From NCBI GenBank assembly GCA_013416795.1, contig RQSC01000005.1, positions 326,733-390,732 of the forward strand: 64,000 nt of DNA. The letters are read 5' to 3'. The notes below the pieces were generated by a model. It saw only the letters and a list, made by a program, of their open reading frames with translations, made no database searches and was not told the DNA's origin. Position numbers and translations under genes: made by a program. Source of the stretch: Prasinococcaceae sp. CCMP 1430. Lineage: Eukaryota > Plantae > Prasinodermophyta. Below, one piece after another: positions 54,298 through 64,000 of this stretch; within the stretch, counting starts at the first letter, position 1, and each line of letters begins with the position of its first letter.

Positions 54298-55070
54298 ATG
54301 AGGCCGAAATGGTGCGTGCGGCGCCGCGCGGGGGCGGGGGCGAGGGTGGGTGGAGGCGAAGGGGTAGCGCCGTGCTCGGCGGCCTGCCTGCCATAGTGAC
54401 AAACTTTTCTGGCTTTACGGGCTTCTGCGACTCCTGCCCGTCGGCGACTATACCGCCGTGCGCGTCTCCGACACCGGCACCGGCATCCCGCCCGAGATCC
54501 TCGCCAAGATCTGGGAGCCCTTCTTCACCACCAAGGAAGTCGGCAAGGGCACCGGCCTCGGCCTCTCCACCGTCTACGGCATCATCAAGCAGTCGGGCGG
54601 CTTCATCTTCGCCGACAATGGCCGCCACGGCGGCGCCGAGTTCACCATCTACCTCCCGGTCCATGCCGCGACCGAGGCGCCGGTGACCGCGCTGGTGCCG
54701 GGCATCAAGGAAAAGCCCGCCGACACCTGGGGCACCGGCACGATCCTGGTCGTCGAGGACGAGGACATGGTCCGCGCCATCGCCGAGCGCGCGCTCAGCG
54801 GCTCGGAGATACCTCGGCGAGCAATGCGGCCTGCTCCCCTGCGCCCTGGGGCTGAGCCGCCGCGCGGAACTGCCGCCGCCGGTCGTGCCCCGCGCGCGCG
54901 CGCGCGCGCGTCTGGCCCTTTGGTTTGCCGTGTTTTTCGGCGATGAGGGTGAGGCCCAACCGAGGCTGACCGATCTGTGCGCTCCACCGCACGCGTGCAC
55001 CCGCAGGAGGAAGAAGCGCATGAGGCGCCTCAAGCGCAAGAGGAGGAAGATGAGGCAGCGCTCCAAGTAG
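54298..55070 (+). CDS. RPL41: 60S ribosomal protein eL41, two exons (54298-54311 and 55007-55070)
   Basis: ATGAGGCCGAAATG|GTGCGT ... GCTGAC ... CAG|GAGG... gives [25 protein letters not shown], the canonical 25-aa L41. Confidence 0.95.
54434..54799 (+). other. cckA: Internal fragment of a bacterial CckA-type hybrid histidine kinase inside the RPL41 intron
   Basis: [18 protein letters not shown]...[34 protein letters not shown]...[19 protein letters not shown] covers HATPase G1/F/G2 boxes plus the start of a receiver domain. Confidence 0.9.
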
Positions 55071-55577
55071 ATTGCTCGCCGACACGCCTCCTGGCGCACC
55101 CGCGTGCGGGTGTGCCGGTGCGGCTTGGACGCACGCAACTCTGCTTCCTCTAAATATGAGCGCTGGGCGGCATGCCGGCGGACCGTGGCCCGCTTGTGAG
55201 TGAGAGGCCGCGCCGATGAAGTGGATCGCTCTGATCAACATCACCGACGCTGGTATGTAACAAACGACGGGCTGAGCCGACGACGGCCGGCTGCCTTTGC
55301 GTCAACTCGATCCGTGTAGTGTCCGCGCCGCCGTGGCCGAGGACAGGCCAGGCAGACCCGCCACCTCGCGCTCGAGACAGTGCTCCCACCGCGCGCGTCA
55401 AACGTCGCACGCCGGGTCGAGCCGCGATTATGCCCACTTGTGCCGCAAGCCGACGCACTCGCGCCAGGGAGCGGTGGGCCTCGGCGGGCATCAATGCGAG
55501 TCTTTACTGTCGCTCGCATCAGGCGGCGCGCGGTCGCCCTCGTCGCTCCGCCGCATCAAGATTCGGCGCACAACTGT

Positions 55578-56867
55578 TCATTTGCTGCCACCCGCCGCCT
55601 GGCTCGCTGCCTCCCGCTTCCTGTCCTGGTTCTTGATCATGTTGTACACGAACACCCCGACGAACGCGAGGCCGTAGCCGAACACTTGCGTGCTCGTCAC
55701 CGGCGAATGGTACAAGACGTAGGACAGCACGATGAGCAGCCAGTCCTTGATCACACCAGCGACGTTCAGGGACAGCGCCGACTGGCCCTTGATTACCTTG
55801 AAGACCGTCACGTTGAGCGCGAGGGCGATCGATGCGTTGGTGACCATGACCAACGCGAAGCTCAGAGTGAGGGGTGGCCCCGTGCGCACGATCTTGCCGC
55901 CCTCGAGCAACATCGCGAAAGGGAGCAGGAAGCCGCCGGTCACGGGCGCGATGTACATGAGCGTCTGGAACGGGTTCAATTTGAGCCCTGCGCGCTGCAG
56001 CAGCACCTGCAATGAGCACACGCGCAGCGACTCCAGCACGAGGGAGGCACACAGCAGCAAGAAGCCGTGCACAACGAAGTGAACTTCTCCGTAGGACGCG
56101 ATGGCCACGCCGGTAACGATCATGACGAGGATGCCGAGCTTGGTCACGCGGAAGCGCTCCAGGCCGAAGCCCAAGCCGACAAAGTACACCAACACGGGCA
56201 TGAATGCCTTGACCATCTGGATGAATGATACACTCAGGTAGAGGTAAGCCGCGTTGCCAAGCCACAGCACGCCGGCGAACATGGCGCCGATGGGCACGAT
56301 GCGCTTGACGTAGTCCTCCCAGGATATGTCGACCTTCTCGGCGCCGGACACCCCAATCGACGACGCGCCCCACATCATTGACGTACAGAATATCTGGTGC
56401 CACGCCGTTAGCGCGATGGGGAAGCCGAAGCCATAGAATGCCAGAATGAACTGGGCGGGCGGGCGGACAGGTGACACGGTGTGTGCGCCGAGCGGGGGCA
56501 CGAGCGCGTGCGTGCGAGCGTGCGCAGGGGCGGGAGCGCGAGCGTGCGCGAGAGTCAGCGCTCGCACAAAACACGCGCAGGCGCGTAGTCCGCACCGGGA
56601 GCCACCTGCACCGACGCGTGCATGCGCTTGCGCGGTGCGGTGAGGTGCGGTGCAGCGTGCGCGAGTGAGAGTGCGCACCCGCACACGGGCTCAGGCGCCG
56701 AGCCTCACTTTATTGTACAAGATGAGAGCCGAGCTGAGCCCAACCCAGAGCCCGATCTGCCCGAAATTGCGGAGCGTTTCTGTGACGGCGGCGGCCTGCG
56801 CTCTCTCTCCGCGCGCGGCGTCGGGGGCGGCCGTCGACTGCAGCGGGAGCGGCGCGACCGTCTTCAT
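55578..56867 (-). CDS. TPT/nucleotide-sugar transporter family protein, two exons
   Basis: WVGLSSALILYNK, intron 56451-56708, GFPIALT, WLGNAAYLYLSVSFIQMVKA, SALSLNVAGVIKDW. Confidence 0.92.
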
Positions 56868-57561
56868 GGCCGCGGCCCGCAGCCCGCCCGCCTATGGGCC
56901 CCCTGCCCTCCTGCCCGCCCGCCGGGGCTGCTCCCCCCCGCCGCGTCTCCGCGCGACGCCAGCGGACGGCTCCTGCCGGTGCCTGAACCGAGGTCGCGGG
57001 GGAGGGAGGAGTGGGAGGTGGGATATCGCGCAGGCGAGCGCGCCAGTGGGGGGGCGAACGCGCCGCACGAACTTGCCGCGCTCCTCGGCGCCGCTGGGGA
57101 ACGCGTCCGGCCCGCCGCGATCTCGCACGGCCGTGGCCGTGGCCCCGCCGCCTCTAATCGCTCTTTTCGCGCCCCTCATCATTTCTGGATGTTTTACCCC
57201 CTGTCCGCGCCCCGCGCGCCCCGGCGCCGCCGGCGATCGCCGCGCGCCGCCCCGGGTCGTTTCCAGGGTGCCCCGCCCCGCGGGGCGCCCCTTTTCGGAT
57301 GCGGTTTGAGTTTCGTTTTCGAACGGCGCGACGACGCGTTTTCGCGCCCGGCCGGCGCGCGGGCAGAGGGGGGGTCCCGCCGGCGAAGACGGAGGGCGAG
57401 GGCGAGGCCAAGGAGGGCATCACCGAGGCGGGCGGCACCAGCAGCACACGGCGCGCGCCCGCGGCGGCGGGCGGGTGTGGGGCGGGGAGGCGAGGGGAGG
57501 GGAGTAGAGAGGCGAGGAGGGAAGGGGTGGGGTGGGGGGGTGTTCGGGGGGCGGGGCGGCG

Positions 57562-59340
57562 ATGCGCGTCAAGGTGGAGCAGATCGTGTGGCACGAACGG
57601 CTGCCGGTGCTGTCGTGCGACATCCGGCCCGCGGAGAGCACCAGCGGGGCTGGCGGCGCGAGGCGCGGCGGCGGCGCGATCACGCTCGCGACCGCGGGCG
57701 GCGACCGCGTGGTCAACCTGTGGACGGTGTCGCCGCCGCCACCGCCCGCCGCCGAGGAGGGCGACGGGGAGGGCGCCAGGCAGGCCGCGGGGGCAGGAAA
57801 TGGCGCGGCCACTGCGGGTGGCGTGCAGCACCAGCAGGCGCTCACCTACCACCACAAGACCGTGAACGTGGTGCGGTTCTCGCCCGACGGCTCGATGCTA
57901 GTGTCGGGCGGCGACGGCGGCGAGCTCTTCGTATGGCACCTCGCATCGGTTCCGGGCGGCGGCAAGCAATGGCGCACGCGTCACGTGCTGCGCGGCCACA
58001 CCGCCGGCGGAGACATCTTTGACGCGGCCTGGTCCCCGGACAGCGCCTATATCATTAGCGGGTCAGTGGACAACGTGGCGATTGTGTGGAACGTGGCGAC
58101 AGGCAAGGTGGTGCACCAGTTCTGCGACCACTCGCACTATGTGCAGGGCGTGGCGTGGGATCCGCTGGGGCGATACGCGATCACTCAGAGCGCCGACCGC
58201 AGCTTCCGAGTGTACGGTAAAGTCGCCGCCGAGAAGGGTGGAAAGCCGCCCAAGGGCAAGGTCGCGACGGGGCCTTTCTACTTGAAGCACATCGTCTCCA
58301 AGTGGGAGGCGCCCACCAAGGCGCCCGTGCCGACGCCAACCAAGGAGGCAGTCGGGGGCGAGGGCTCAGGCAAAGACACGGGCGACGGCAAGGGGGCGGG
58401 GGCGGGCGGCGCCGAGGCTCCCAAACAGAATCGGCACGCGCTCTTCCACGATGAGTCGTCGGGGAGCTTCTTCCGGCGACTTGCGTGGGCGCCGGACGGT
58501 TCCTTCGTCGTGACTCCGGCGGGCATGCACCGCTCGGGGGCGAAGGGGCTGACCTCGACAGCGTACGTCTTCAAGCGCTCGTCGCTGTCCTCACCAGTCG
58601 CGCATCTACCCACGACGAAGCCGGCAATCGCGGCGCGCTTTTGCCGCTCGGCGTTCGCGCACGACGCAAGCGCGCAGGAGGAGGCAACCAAGGGGCTGTT
58701 CGCGCTCCCGTACCGATTGCTGCTCGCGGTGGCGAGCGTGGACAGCGTCGTCGTGTACGACACAGGGAAACCCGAGCCCATCGCGGTCATTGGCGGCATT
58801 CACCTGGCGCCGCTGTCGGATCTGAGCTGGAGCTCTGACGGCCGCTGCCTCGCCATATCCAGCCAGGATGGCTACTGCAGTTTCGTGTGGCTCGACGACG
58901 AAGAGGTAGGCGAACGAGCTGAGCTCGATCTGCCGAAGGTCACGACACAGTTGATGGCGGCGGACACCGCCATGCTCGCTGCCGCGCCTGGGCCCTCGGC
59001 TGGCGACGGATCGGAGCCCCCCGCGGCTGTTACGCTGGCAACGGGCGCCACTGGTGCCGCGCCTCGTCGCCTCGTCCCACAGCAGGTCCAGCCCGATGCT
59101 CCGGCAGGCGGCCCGCGACGCATCGTGCCGCAGCAGGTGCGGCCAGATTCCGCGAAGGCTGGCGGCGCCAACCCTGGGCCGAAGCGTCGGATCGTGCCCC
59201 AAGAGGTGGGGGCGGGGTCCTGCGCACCCACGGCCACCGGCGGCGGCGCGGCCACCGATGAAAACGGACAGCCGCCAAAGCAGAAGCGTCGCATCGTGCC
59301 CATGGCTGTCGCGGGCCCTGCCCCCACGGGCTTCTCATGA
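57562..59340 (+). CDS. CHAF1B: Chromatin assembly factor 1 p60 subunit (WD40)
   Basis: QIVWH..PVLSCD, LATAGGD, YHHKTVNVVRFSP, DHSHYVQGVAWDP, FHDES..SFFRRLAW, C-terminal RRIVP motifs; TGTAA at 59364. Confidence 0.93.
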   Translation: MRVKVEQIVWHERLPVLSCDIRPAESTSGAGGARRGGGAITLATAGGDRVVNLWTVSPPPPPAAEEGDGEGARQAAGAGNGAATAGGVQHQQALTYHHKTVNVVRFSPDGSMLVSGGDGGELFVWHLASVPGGGKQWRTRHVLRGHTAGGDIFDAAWSPDSAYIISGSVDNVAIVWNVATGKVVHQFCDHSHYVQGVAWDPLGRYAITQSADRSFRVYGKVAAEKGGKPPKGKVATGPFYLKHIVSKWEAPTKAPVPTPTKEAVGGEGSGKDTGDGKGAGAGGAEAPKQNRHALFHDESSGSFFRRLAWAPDGSFVVTPAGMHRSGAKGLTSTAYVFKRSSLSSPVAHLPTTKPAIAARFCRSAFAHDASAQEEATKGLFALPYRLLLAVASVDSVVVYDTGKPEPIAVIGGIHLAPLSDLSWSSDGRCLAISSQDGYCSFVWLDDEEVGERAELDLPKVTTQLMAADTAMLAAAPGPSAGDGSEPPAAVTLATGATGAAPRRLVPQQVQPDAPAGGPRRIVPQQVRPDSAKAGGANPGPKRRIVPQEVGAGSCAPTATGGGAATDENGQPPKQKRRIVPMAVAGPAPTGFS

Positions 59341-59391
59341 CGCGCCCCGGTGGATCATGCGCATGTAATTTGCTTCTTCTACATTCTGGCA

Positions 59392-61324
59392 TTATCGCAC
59401 CCAGCCGCCAACCGCTACCCCACGCGCGTCAGTGCGCTTGGGCGACAGGAGTGGGCCACGGCCGGCACGCCCGGCTGGCCGCAGCGCCGACGATGGCGAC
59501 ACAACAACGCTGGGGTTGAAAGCGACCCTCCCAGCATTGCCCTTGCGCACGGGCGGCGTGAGCTCAACTCCGGCTGCTGCGGCTGCGCGACGCGGCGTCT
59601 CCGACTCAGCGACGAAGTGCTCTCGCGCGTTCGCAGCAGCCTCCTCGGCGCGAGCGCGCCGCCGCTGTGCGGCAACCACAGAGCGCACCTGGCCCGCACC
59701 AGGGGAAGCCGCTGCGGCGCCCGCGGCCAGCACGAGCGCGCGGTCACTACCACTGCCCTCAGCGCTACTCTTTCCGTCCACGAGTAGCCCGTTTTGTCGC
59801 GTTGTGGCGGCCTCGCGGGCGCGCGCCTCGTCGAGGGCTGCGTGCGTGGCAGACAGCTGTACTTCGAGTTCCTCGCGCGCGGCGCATCCTCGCGCATGGT
59901 CGCGGCGCGCCGCCTGCAGCTCGCCGTGCAGGGATGCCACGCGCGCCTCCGCGTCGAGCATGCGCTGCGTGAGCTCTGAAGCCACTGCGGCGGTGCCGTC
60001 GAAGGCGAGTTGGCCTCCAGGACTGCCGCCGTCTCCGGGTGCGCGCAGCCTTGCGAGCATGCCCTCCAGCGCAATCACCCGCGCGCCTTGCTCGTCGCGG
60101 GTGCTCTCGGCCGCCTCAGCGCGCACGCGCAGGGCGTCCGTGCGTTGCCTCCACACGGCCGCGTCCTCTCCGTCGCTCCCGACGTCGTCCTCTCGGGCGC
60201 CGGCGCGTCCCTCGCCCGCCCTCCTGCGCGCATCGGCAGTAACGCGGGCCGTAGCGGCCTCGGCGGCGGCCGTCTCTGCCGCCCCGAGGGCCGCCGCGAG
60301 GCGCGCCTTCAGAGCGCCCGTCATCTCGCGCTCGCGCTCGGCCTCCACGCGGGCGCGCCCCGCCGCCTCGTGCGCGTTCGTCCGCGGCCGCCGCGCGTCG
60401 CTGCGCGCACTCGGCGTCCAGTGCGACCAGGCGCACGCGTAGCGCCTCGCATTCGACCTCCGCTGCCGCCCCCTGCGCGGCCGCCTTCGCCTCCGTCGCC
60501 TCGAGCTCCGCCACGCGCGCCTCCAGCCGCGCGCGCGCGTCCTCCGCGTCGCGCGCGCGCGCCCTGGCCTCCGCTAGCCCAAGCGACGCCACCTCCCCCT
60601 CTCGCTCGCGCGCCGAGGTGCGCGACGCCGCCCCCTGCAACGCGGCGTCGCGCTCCTGCTCGAGGTCCCTGCACAGCGTGGTGAGCCTGTCGACATCGGC
60701 GACCAGCACGGCGGCGTCGCGGTCACGCTTGGCGTCCTCCTGTTCGACCTGCGCCAGCACGTGTCCGAGCTTGGCCTTGAACTTAGCTTTGAGGCGCGCG
60801 CGCTCGGCGCGCCATGCGGGCTGGGGGTGTCGCGTCGGGCGCGGGCAGGCGCGGGCGCACGAAGTCAGGCACAGATGTTCCGCGACGGCCAAAGTAACGA
60901 CGCCCGGGCTGCTCCCCCTTCCCCCTTGACCTCCTGACGGCCACGCGCGCGCAGCCCGCCGCGCACGCACCTTGAACTCATCAGGCAGGTCCGCTAGCCC
61001 CCCGCTACCGGCGCTGCCGCGCTCTCTCGCTCCGCTCGTTTGCGATGGCGCGCGCTTGAGGCCACCCACCGCCGCGTGCGCCTGCGTGTGTGCGCGCAGC
61101 GCCGCTGCCGACATCCTTGAGGGGGGCCCCATCGCCGCCGCGTCCGACCCGCCGCCATCGCAATCCCTGCCGACTCTTCCCTCACCCACATCATCTCCAC
61201 TGCCGGGCACGCCGCTGGCACCGTTGGCAGACCACCGCTTCGGGTCGGCACTGGAGCTAGCAGTGCCATCGCCAGCAGCCCCTTTGTCCTCCGCAACCGG
61301 CACGGCCGCGGCGAGCTCCGCCTT
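59392..61324 (-). CDS. Long coiled-coil hypothetical protein; 5' end cut by a single-N join; apparent frameshift at about 60375
   Basis: Ala/Glu/Arg-rich frames 60116-61324 and 59392-60348; intron 60821-60970. Confidence 0.6.
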
Positions 61325-61504
61325 NGCGCTCGGCGCAGGCACGCGGCGCGAGGCGGCGCCCCCGCGCGGAGGCGGGTGGGGGGAATTAGTGGAGGGGGTT
61401 GTGGACGGCGGAGGGAGGTGGAGAGGGAGGTCCCGGCGGAGGGGCGGGCGGGCGGGCGGGCGAGCGGGCGGGCGGGCGCGCCCAGGGGGGTAGCCTCTGG
61501 AGCC

Positions 61505-62381
61505 ATGGGCATCCTCATGTCGCGGCTGTTCGCGAGCCTCTTCGGCGAGAAGGAGGCGCGCATCCTCGTGCTCGGCCTGGACAACGCCGGCAAGACCACC
61601 ATCCTGTACAGGCTGCAGGTCGGCGAAGTCGTGTCGACCATCCCTAGTGAGTGACGCGCGCCGCCGCACGCGCTGCCTCTAGTGAGTGACGCGCGCTGCC
61701 GCGCGGCGCAGGCGCGTGCATGGGGAGTCTTACCTAGTGCGGCCCCGGGTGCGGGGCGCCAAGGCTCGTGGCGCACGGCGACGTGCTGCGCGCTCCCCGC
61801 GCGCCTTGCCTGCTCTGTGTGGCCTGCGCGGCATTGAAAGGCTGGATCCGCGGCGCCAAGGCCTACGGCATGCCGTGTCGCGGCGCCCGCCCCCCTGTGT
61901 GTACTGTGGTGGCCTGCGTGCGCGTATGACTGACTCCCGTTCTTGTACGCGCGAACGTCCGGGAACTTAACATCATGCAGCGATCGGCTTCAACGTGGAG
62001 ACAGTCACGTACAACAACATCAAGTTCCAGGTGTGGGATCTCGGTGGGCAGACGAGCATCCGCCCGTACTGGCGCTGCTACTTCCCAAACACGCAGGCGA
62101 TCATCTATGTGGTGGACTCGAGCGATGTGGAACGTATCTCCTTCTCTCGCCAAGAATTCCACGCAATCCTGGAGGAGGAGGAGCTCAAGGACGCCGCGAT
62201 CTTGGTGTACGCCAACAAGCAGGACCTGCCTGGCGCGCTCGATGCGGCGGCTGTGTCAGAGGGCCTGGGCCTGTCGTCCATCAAGAACAGGCAATGGTCT
62301 ATCTTCCGCGCGAGTGCCATCAAGGGCGAGGGCCTTTTCGAGGGGTTGGAATGGCTGAGCAATGTTCTCAAGGCGCGGTGA
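61505..62381 (+). CDS. ARL1: ARF-like GTPase ARL1, two exons
   Basis: MG myristoylation start, GLDNAGKTT, intron 61647-61980, [35 protein letters not shown]. Confidence 0.95.
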
Positions 62382-62783
62382 GAGGGAGGGCCGCGCATGC
62401 TCAGACGTCGCCGGTGGGAGAATGCCTGCCCAGGGCGCAATGCAGCGGTGGCTGCTGCGCGCAATAAGGGGGTGGGGGTGGTAGAGGGTTGTGATCGCGC
62501 GTCCCGCCCGCCTCCCGCGCTGTGCAGATGTTACCAGTGATGCAAAGAGCACGATTCTCGCAGTCATGGCATGCCGCCCCAGCCCGTCAGACGGGGCGCT
62601 CGTTCTGTCGAGCGCGCACCCGCTTGGCTCGAGTCGAGGTCGGCGTTGAGCATGTCAGATCGGCCATATTACAGGGATTGAGCGGACGCGGGCCATCGCA
62701 GCGGCTGTCTAACGCCGCGCGGTCGACCCTGCGTTCGCACTCGCGGCTCGCGCACGGTACAAGCAAGCGCCCCTCGCGCGTGC

Positions 62784-63410
62784 TCACCACGCGCGCGCGC
62801 CGCCGGCGCTCGCCCCGCCCGCGTCCTCAGTGTAGCCGAAGGTGGCCATGTCCTTGGTGAGCACGTTGAGCGTGACCTTCGCGGTGCCGGTGGACTTGAC
62901 GCGAGTGACTTCTCTGCCGTCGCCGCGCGCGGGGAACTTGATGTCGGTGAATTCGGCGGGCGTTCCGGCAAGCCAGCTCGTGAACTGCTGCAGGGCGCTC
63001 GCGCTGAGCGGCCTGTACAGGTGGATCGTGCGCTCGTAGCGGCCGGCCGCCGCGGGCAGGTGCACGCAGCCGTAGCCCTTGATGACGTCCCTACCAAGCG
63101 AGTCAACCTCGAACACCGACACCACCAGCTGCGGCCATCCGAACGCGTTCGTCGACTTGTAGGTCACGTCGAGGGGGAAGTTCCACACGAGCGCTCCGTC
63201 AGCGGCGCCGCCCTTGCGCGTGATCTGTGTAATGCCGTCCTCCATGCCGTCAACGACCGACCAGTCCTCGCCGTGCACCAGCAGGTACTTGCAGTAAGCA
63301 TTGTTGGCCTCGGGGATGTCCGCGCTCTCCAGCTGTCCGCTCGCCATGACCAAGAAGTACGACGCGTCGCCGCCCGTTGGCGGCTGCGTGCCGCCCGCTG
63401 CCGGCGCCAT
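62784..63410 (-). CDS. B9D1: B9-domain transition-zone protein B9D1/MKSR1
   Basis: YCKY...GEDW...EDGITQI...VWNFPLDVTYKSTNAFGWPQLVVSV...GREVTRVKSTG; TGTAA (minus) at 62669. Confidence 0.95.
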   Translation of the reverse strand: MAPAAGGTQPPTGGDASYFLVMASGQLESADIPEANNAYCKYLLVHGEDWSVVDGMEDGITQITRKGGAADGALVWNFPLDVTYKSTNAFGWPQLVVSVFEVDSLGRDVIKGYGCVHLPAAAGRYERTIHLYRPLSASALQQFTSWLAGTPAEFTDIKFPARGDGREVTRVKSTGTAKVTLNVLTKDMATFGYTEDAGGASAGGARAW

Positions 63411-63495
63411 CGCGCCACTCTGCGCCACGCACGCGCGCGCGCCGCCTCCTCTCCGCCCCCGCCCCAGATGCTGCGCGCGCGCGGGCGTTCGCGCG

Positions 63496-63679
63496 NNNNN
63501 NNNNNNNNNNNNNNNNNNNNNNNNNNNNNNNNNNNNNNNNNNNNNNNNNNNNNNNNNNNNNNNNNNNNNNNNNNNNNNNNNNNNNNNNNNNNNNNNNNNN
63601 NNNNNNNNNNNNNNNNNNNNNNNNNNNNNNNNNNNNNNNNNNNNNNNNNNNNNNNNNNNNNNNNNNNNNNNNNNNNNNN
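63496..63679. other. Assembly gap (N run)
   Basis: Lies between the B9D1 and IFT80 5' ends. Confidence 1.
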
Positions 63680-63767
63680 GAAAAAAAAAAAAAAAGAGGG
63701 GATGGGCGCTATGCTTTGCCGGAGGCACCTGCCCTGAGCGCTCCGAACCCCTCGCCGACGGCGCCAG

Positions 63768-64000
63768 GACGACAAGGCGGTCACGCGCTGGGGGGGCGAC
63801 CTGTCACCGGCGGGCCGCGTGCTGGTGCCAGAGGCGCTGGATGCGCACGTCACGTCGTTGCACTGGCTGCCGGGCGCGGCGCGCGGCGGCAGGGGCGGCG
63901 GTGCAGGCGGGGCGGGTGGCAATGACGCGTTCGCGCTCGGGTCGACCGATGGGAGGGTGAGGATAGTCTCGCGCGCAGGGCGCGTCGAGAAGACCGTCGA
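63768..64000 (+). CDS. IFT80: Intraflagellar transport protein IFT80, exon near the N-terminus (partial)
   Basis: After CAG at 63765-63767: DDKAVTRW...VTSLHWLP...DAFALGSTDGRVRIVSRAGRVEKTV, matching the IFT80 first WD repeats as I recall them. Not reported in the ORF track. Confidence 0.85.

Noticed and set aside
55205-55282. Possible C/D snoRNA downstream of RPL41 (GATGA ... CTGA ... CTGA)
   Set aside because: The C box is imperfect, the stem is weak and putative rRNA complementarity is only 7-9 nt; more likely the RPL41 3' UTR containing TGTAA. A snoscan run would settle it.
46-64000. Hundreds of long overlapping Ala/Arg/Gly/Pro-rich ORFs in the track
   Set aside because: Shadow frames expected from very high GC and scarce stop codons; several also run through N gaps.
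1-64000. CRISPR arrays, tRNA/rRNA genes, transposase or reverse-transcriptase ORFs, introner-like repeated introns
   Set aside because: None seen; repeats are simple microsatellites, and the mapped introns share no obvious sequence beyond splice signals.

Overview
A 64-kb, very GC-rich, gene-dense eukaryotic window, not prokaryotic. It has short GT-AG introns (donors GTGCG/GTGAG/GTACG, CTGAC/CTAAC-type branch points), TGTAA poly(A) signals after most stop codons and a plastid-targeted PGK, which points to a green alga (prasinophyte grade is an inference). About 33 genes or gene fragments were identified by recognising sequence motifs, without database searches. Housekeeping genes include SMC4 (C-terminal part only), Sen54, plastid PGK, mitochondrial Hsp70, TFIIH p44, a LAMMER kinase, a STE20 kinase, CAF-1 p60, ARL1, a nucleotide-sugar transporter and a two-exon RPL41 missed by the ORF track. 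Six cilium-associated genes are present (BBS8, B9D2, ARMH1-like, PKD2, B9D1, IFT80), including two head-to-head pairs. Main oddities: (1) two ~0.37-0.4 kb alphaproteobacterial-like fragments, one ComEC fused in frame to an algal-looking 5' leader and ATG, and one CckA inside the RPL41 intron; (2) a transaldolase homolog missing four catalytic residues but keeping the phosphate site; (3) a 15-bp motif CGCCATCRAAACGC found five times in intergenic DNA; (4) a HACD N-terminus joined to an unrelated gene, and an SMC4 with no 5' half; (5) repeated short linear motifs in PKD2, CAF-1 p60 and the STE20 kinase. The assembly has five N gaps and three single-N joins, mostly at GC-rich 5' ends, so assembly artefact is a live alternative for the chimeric features.
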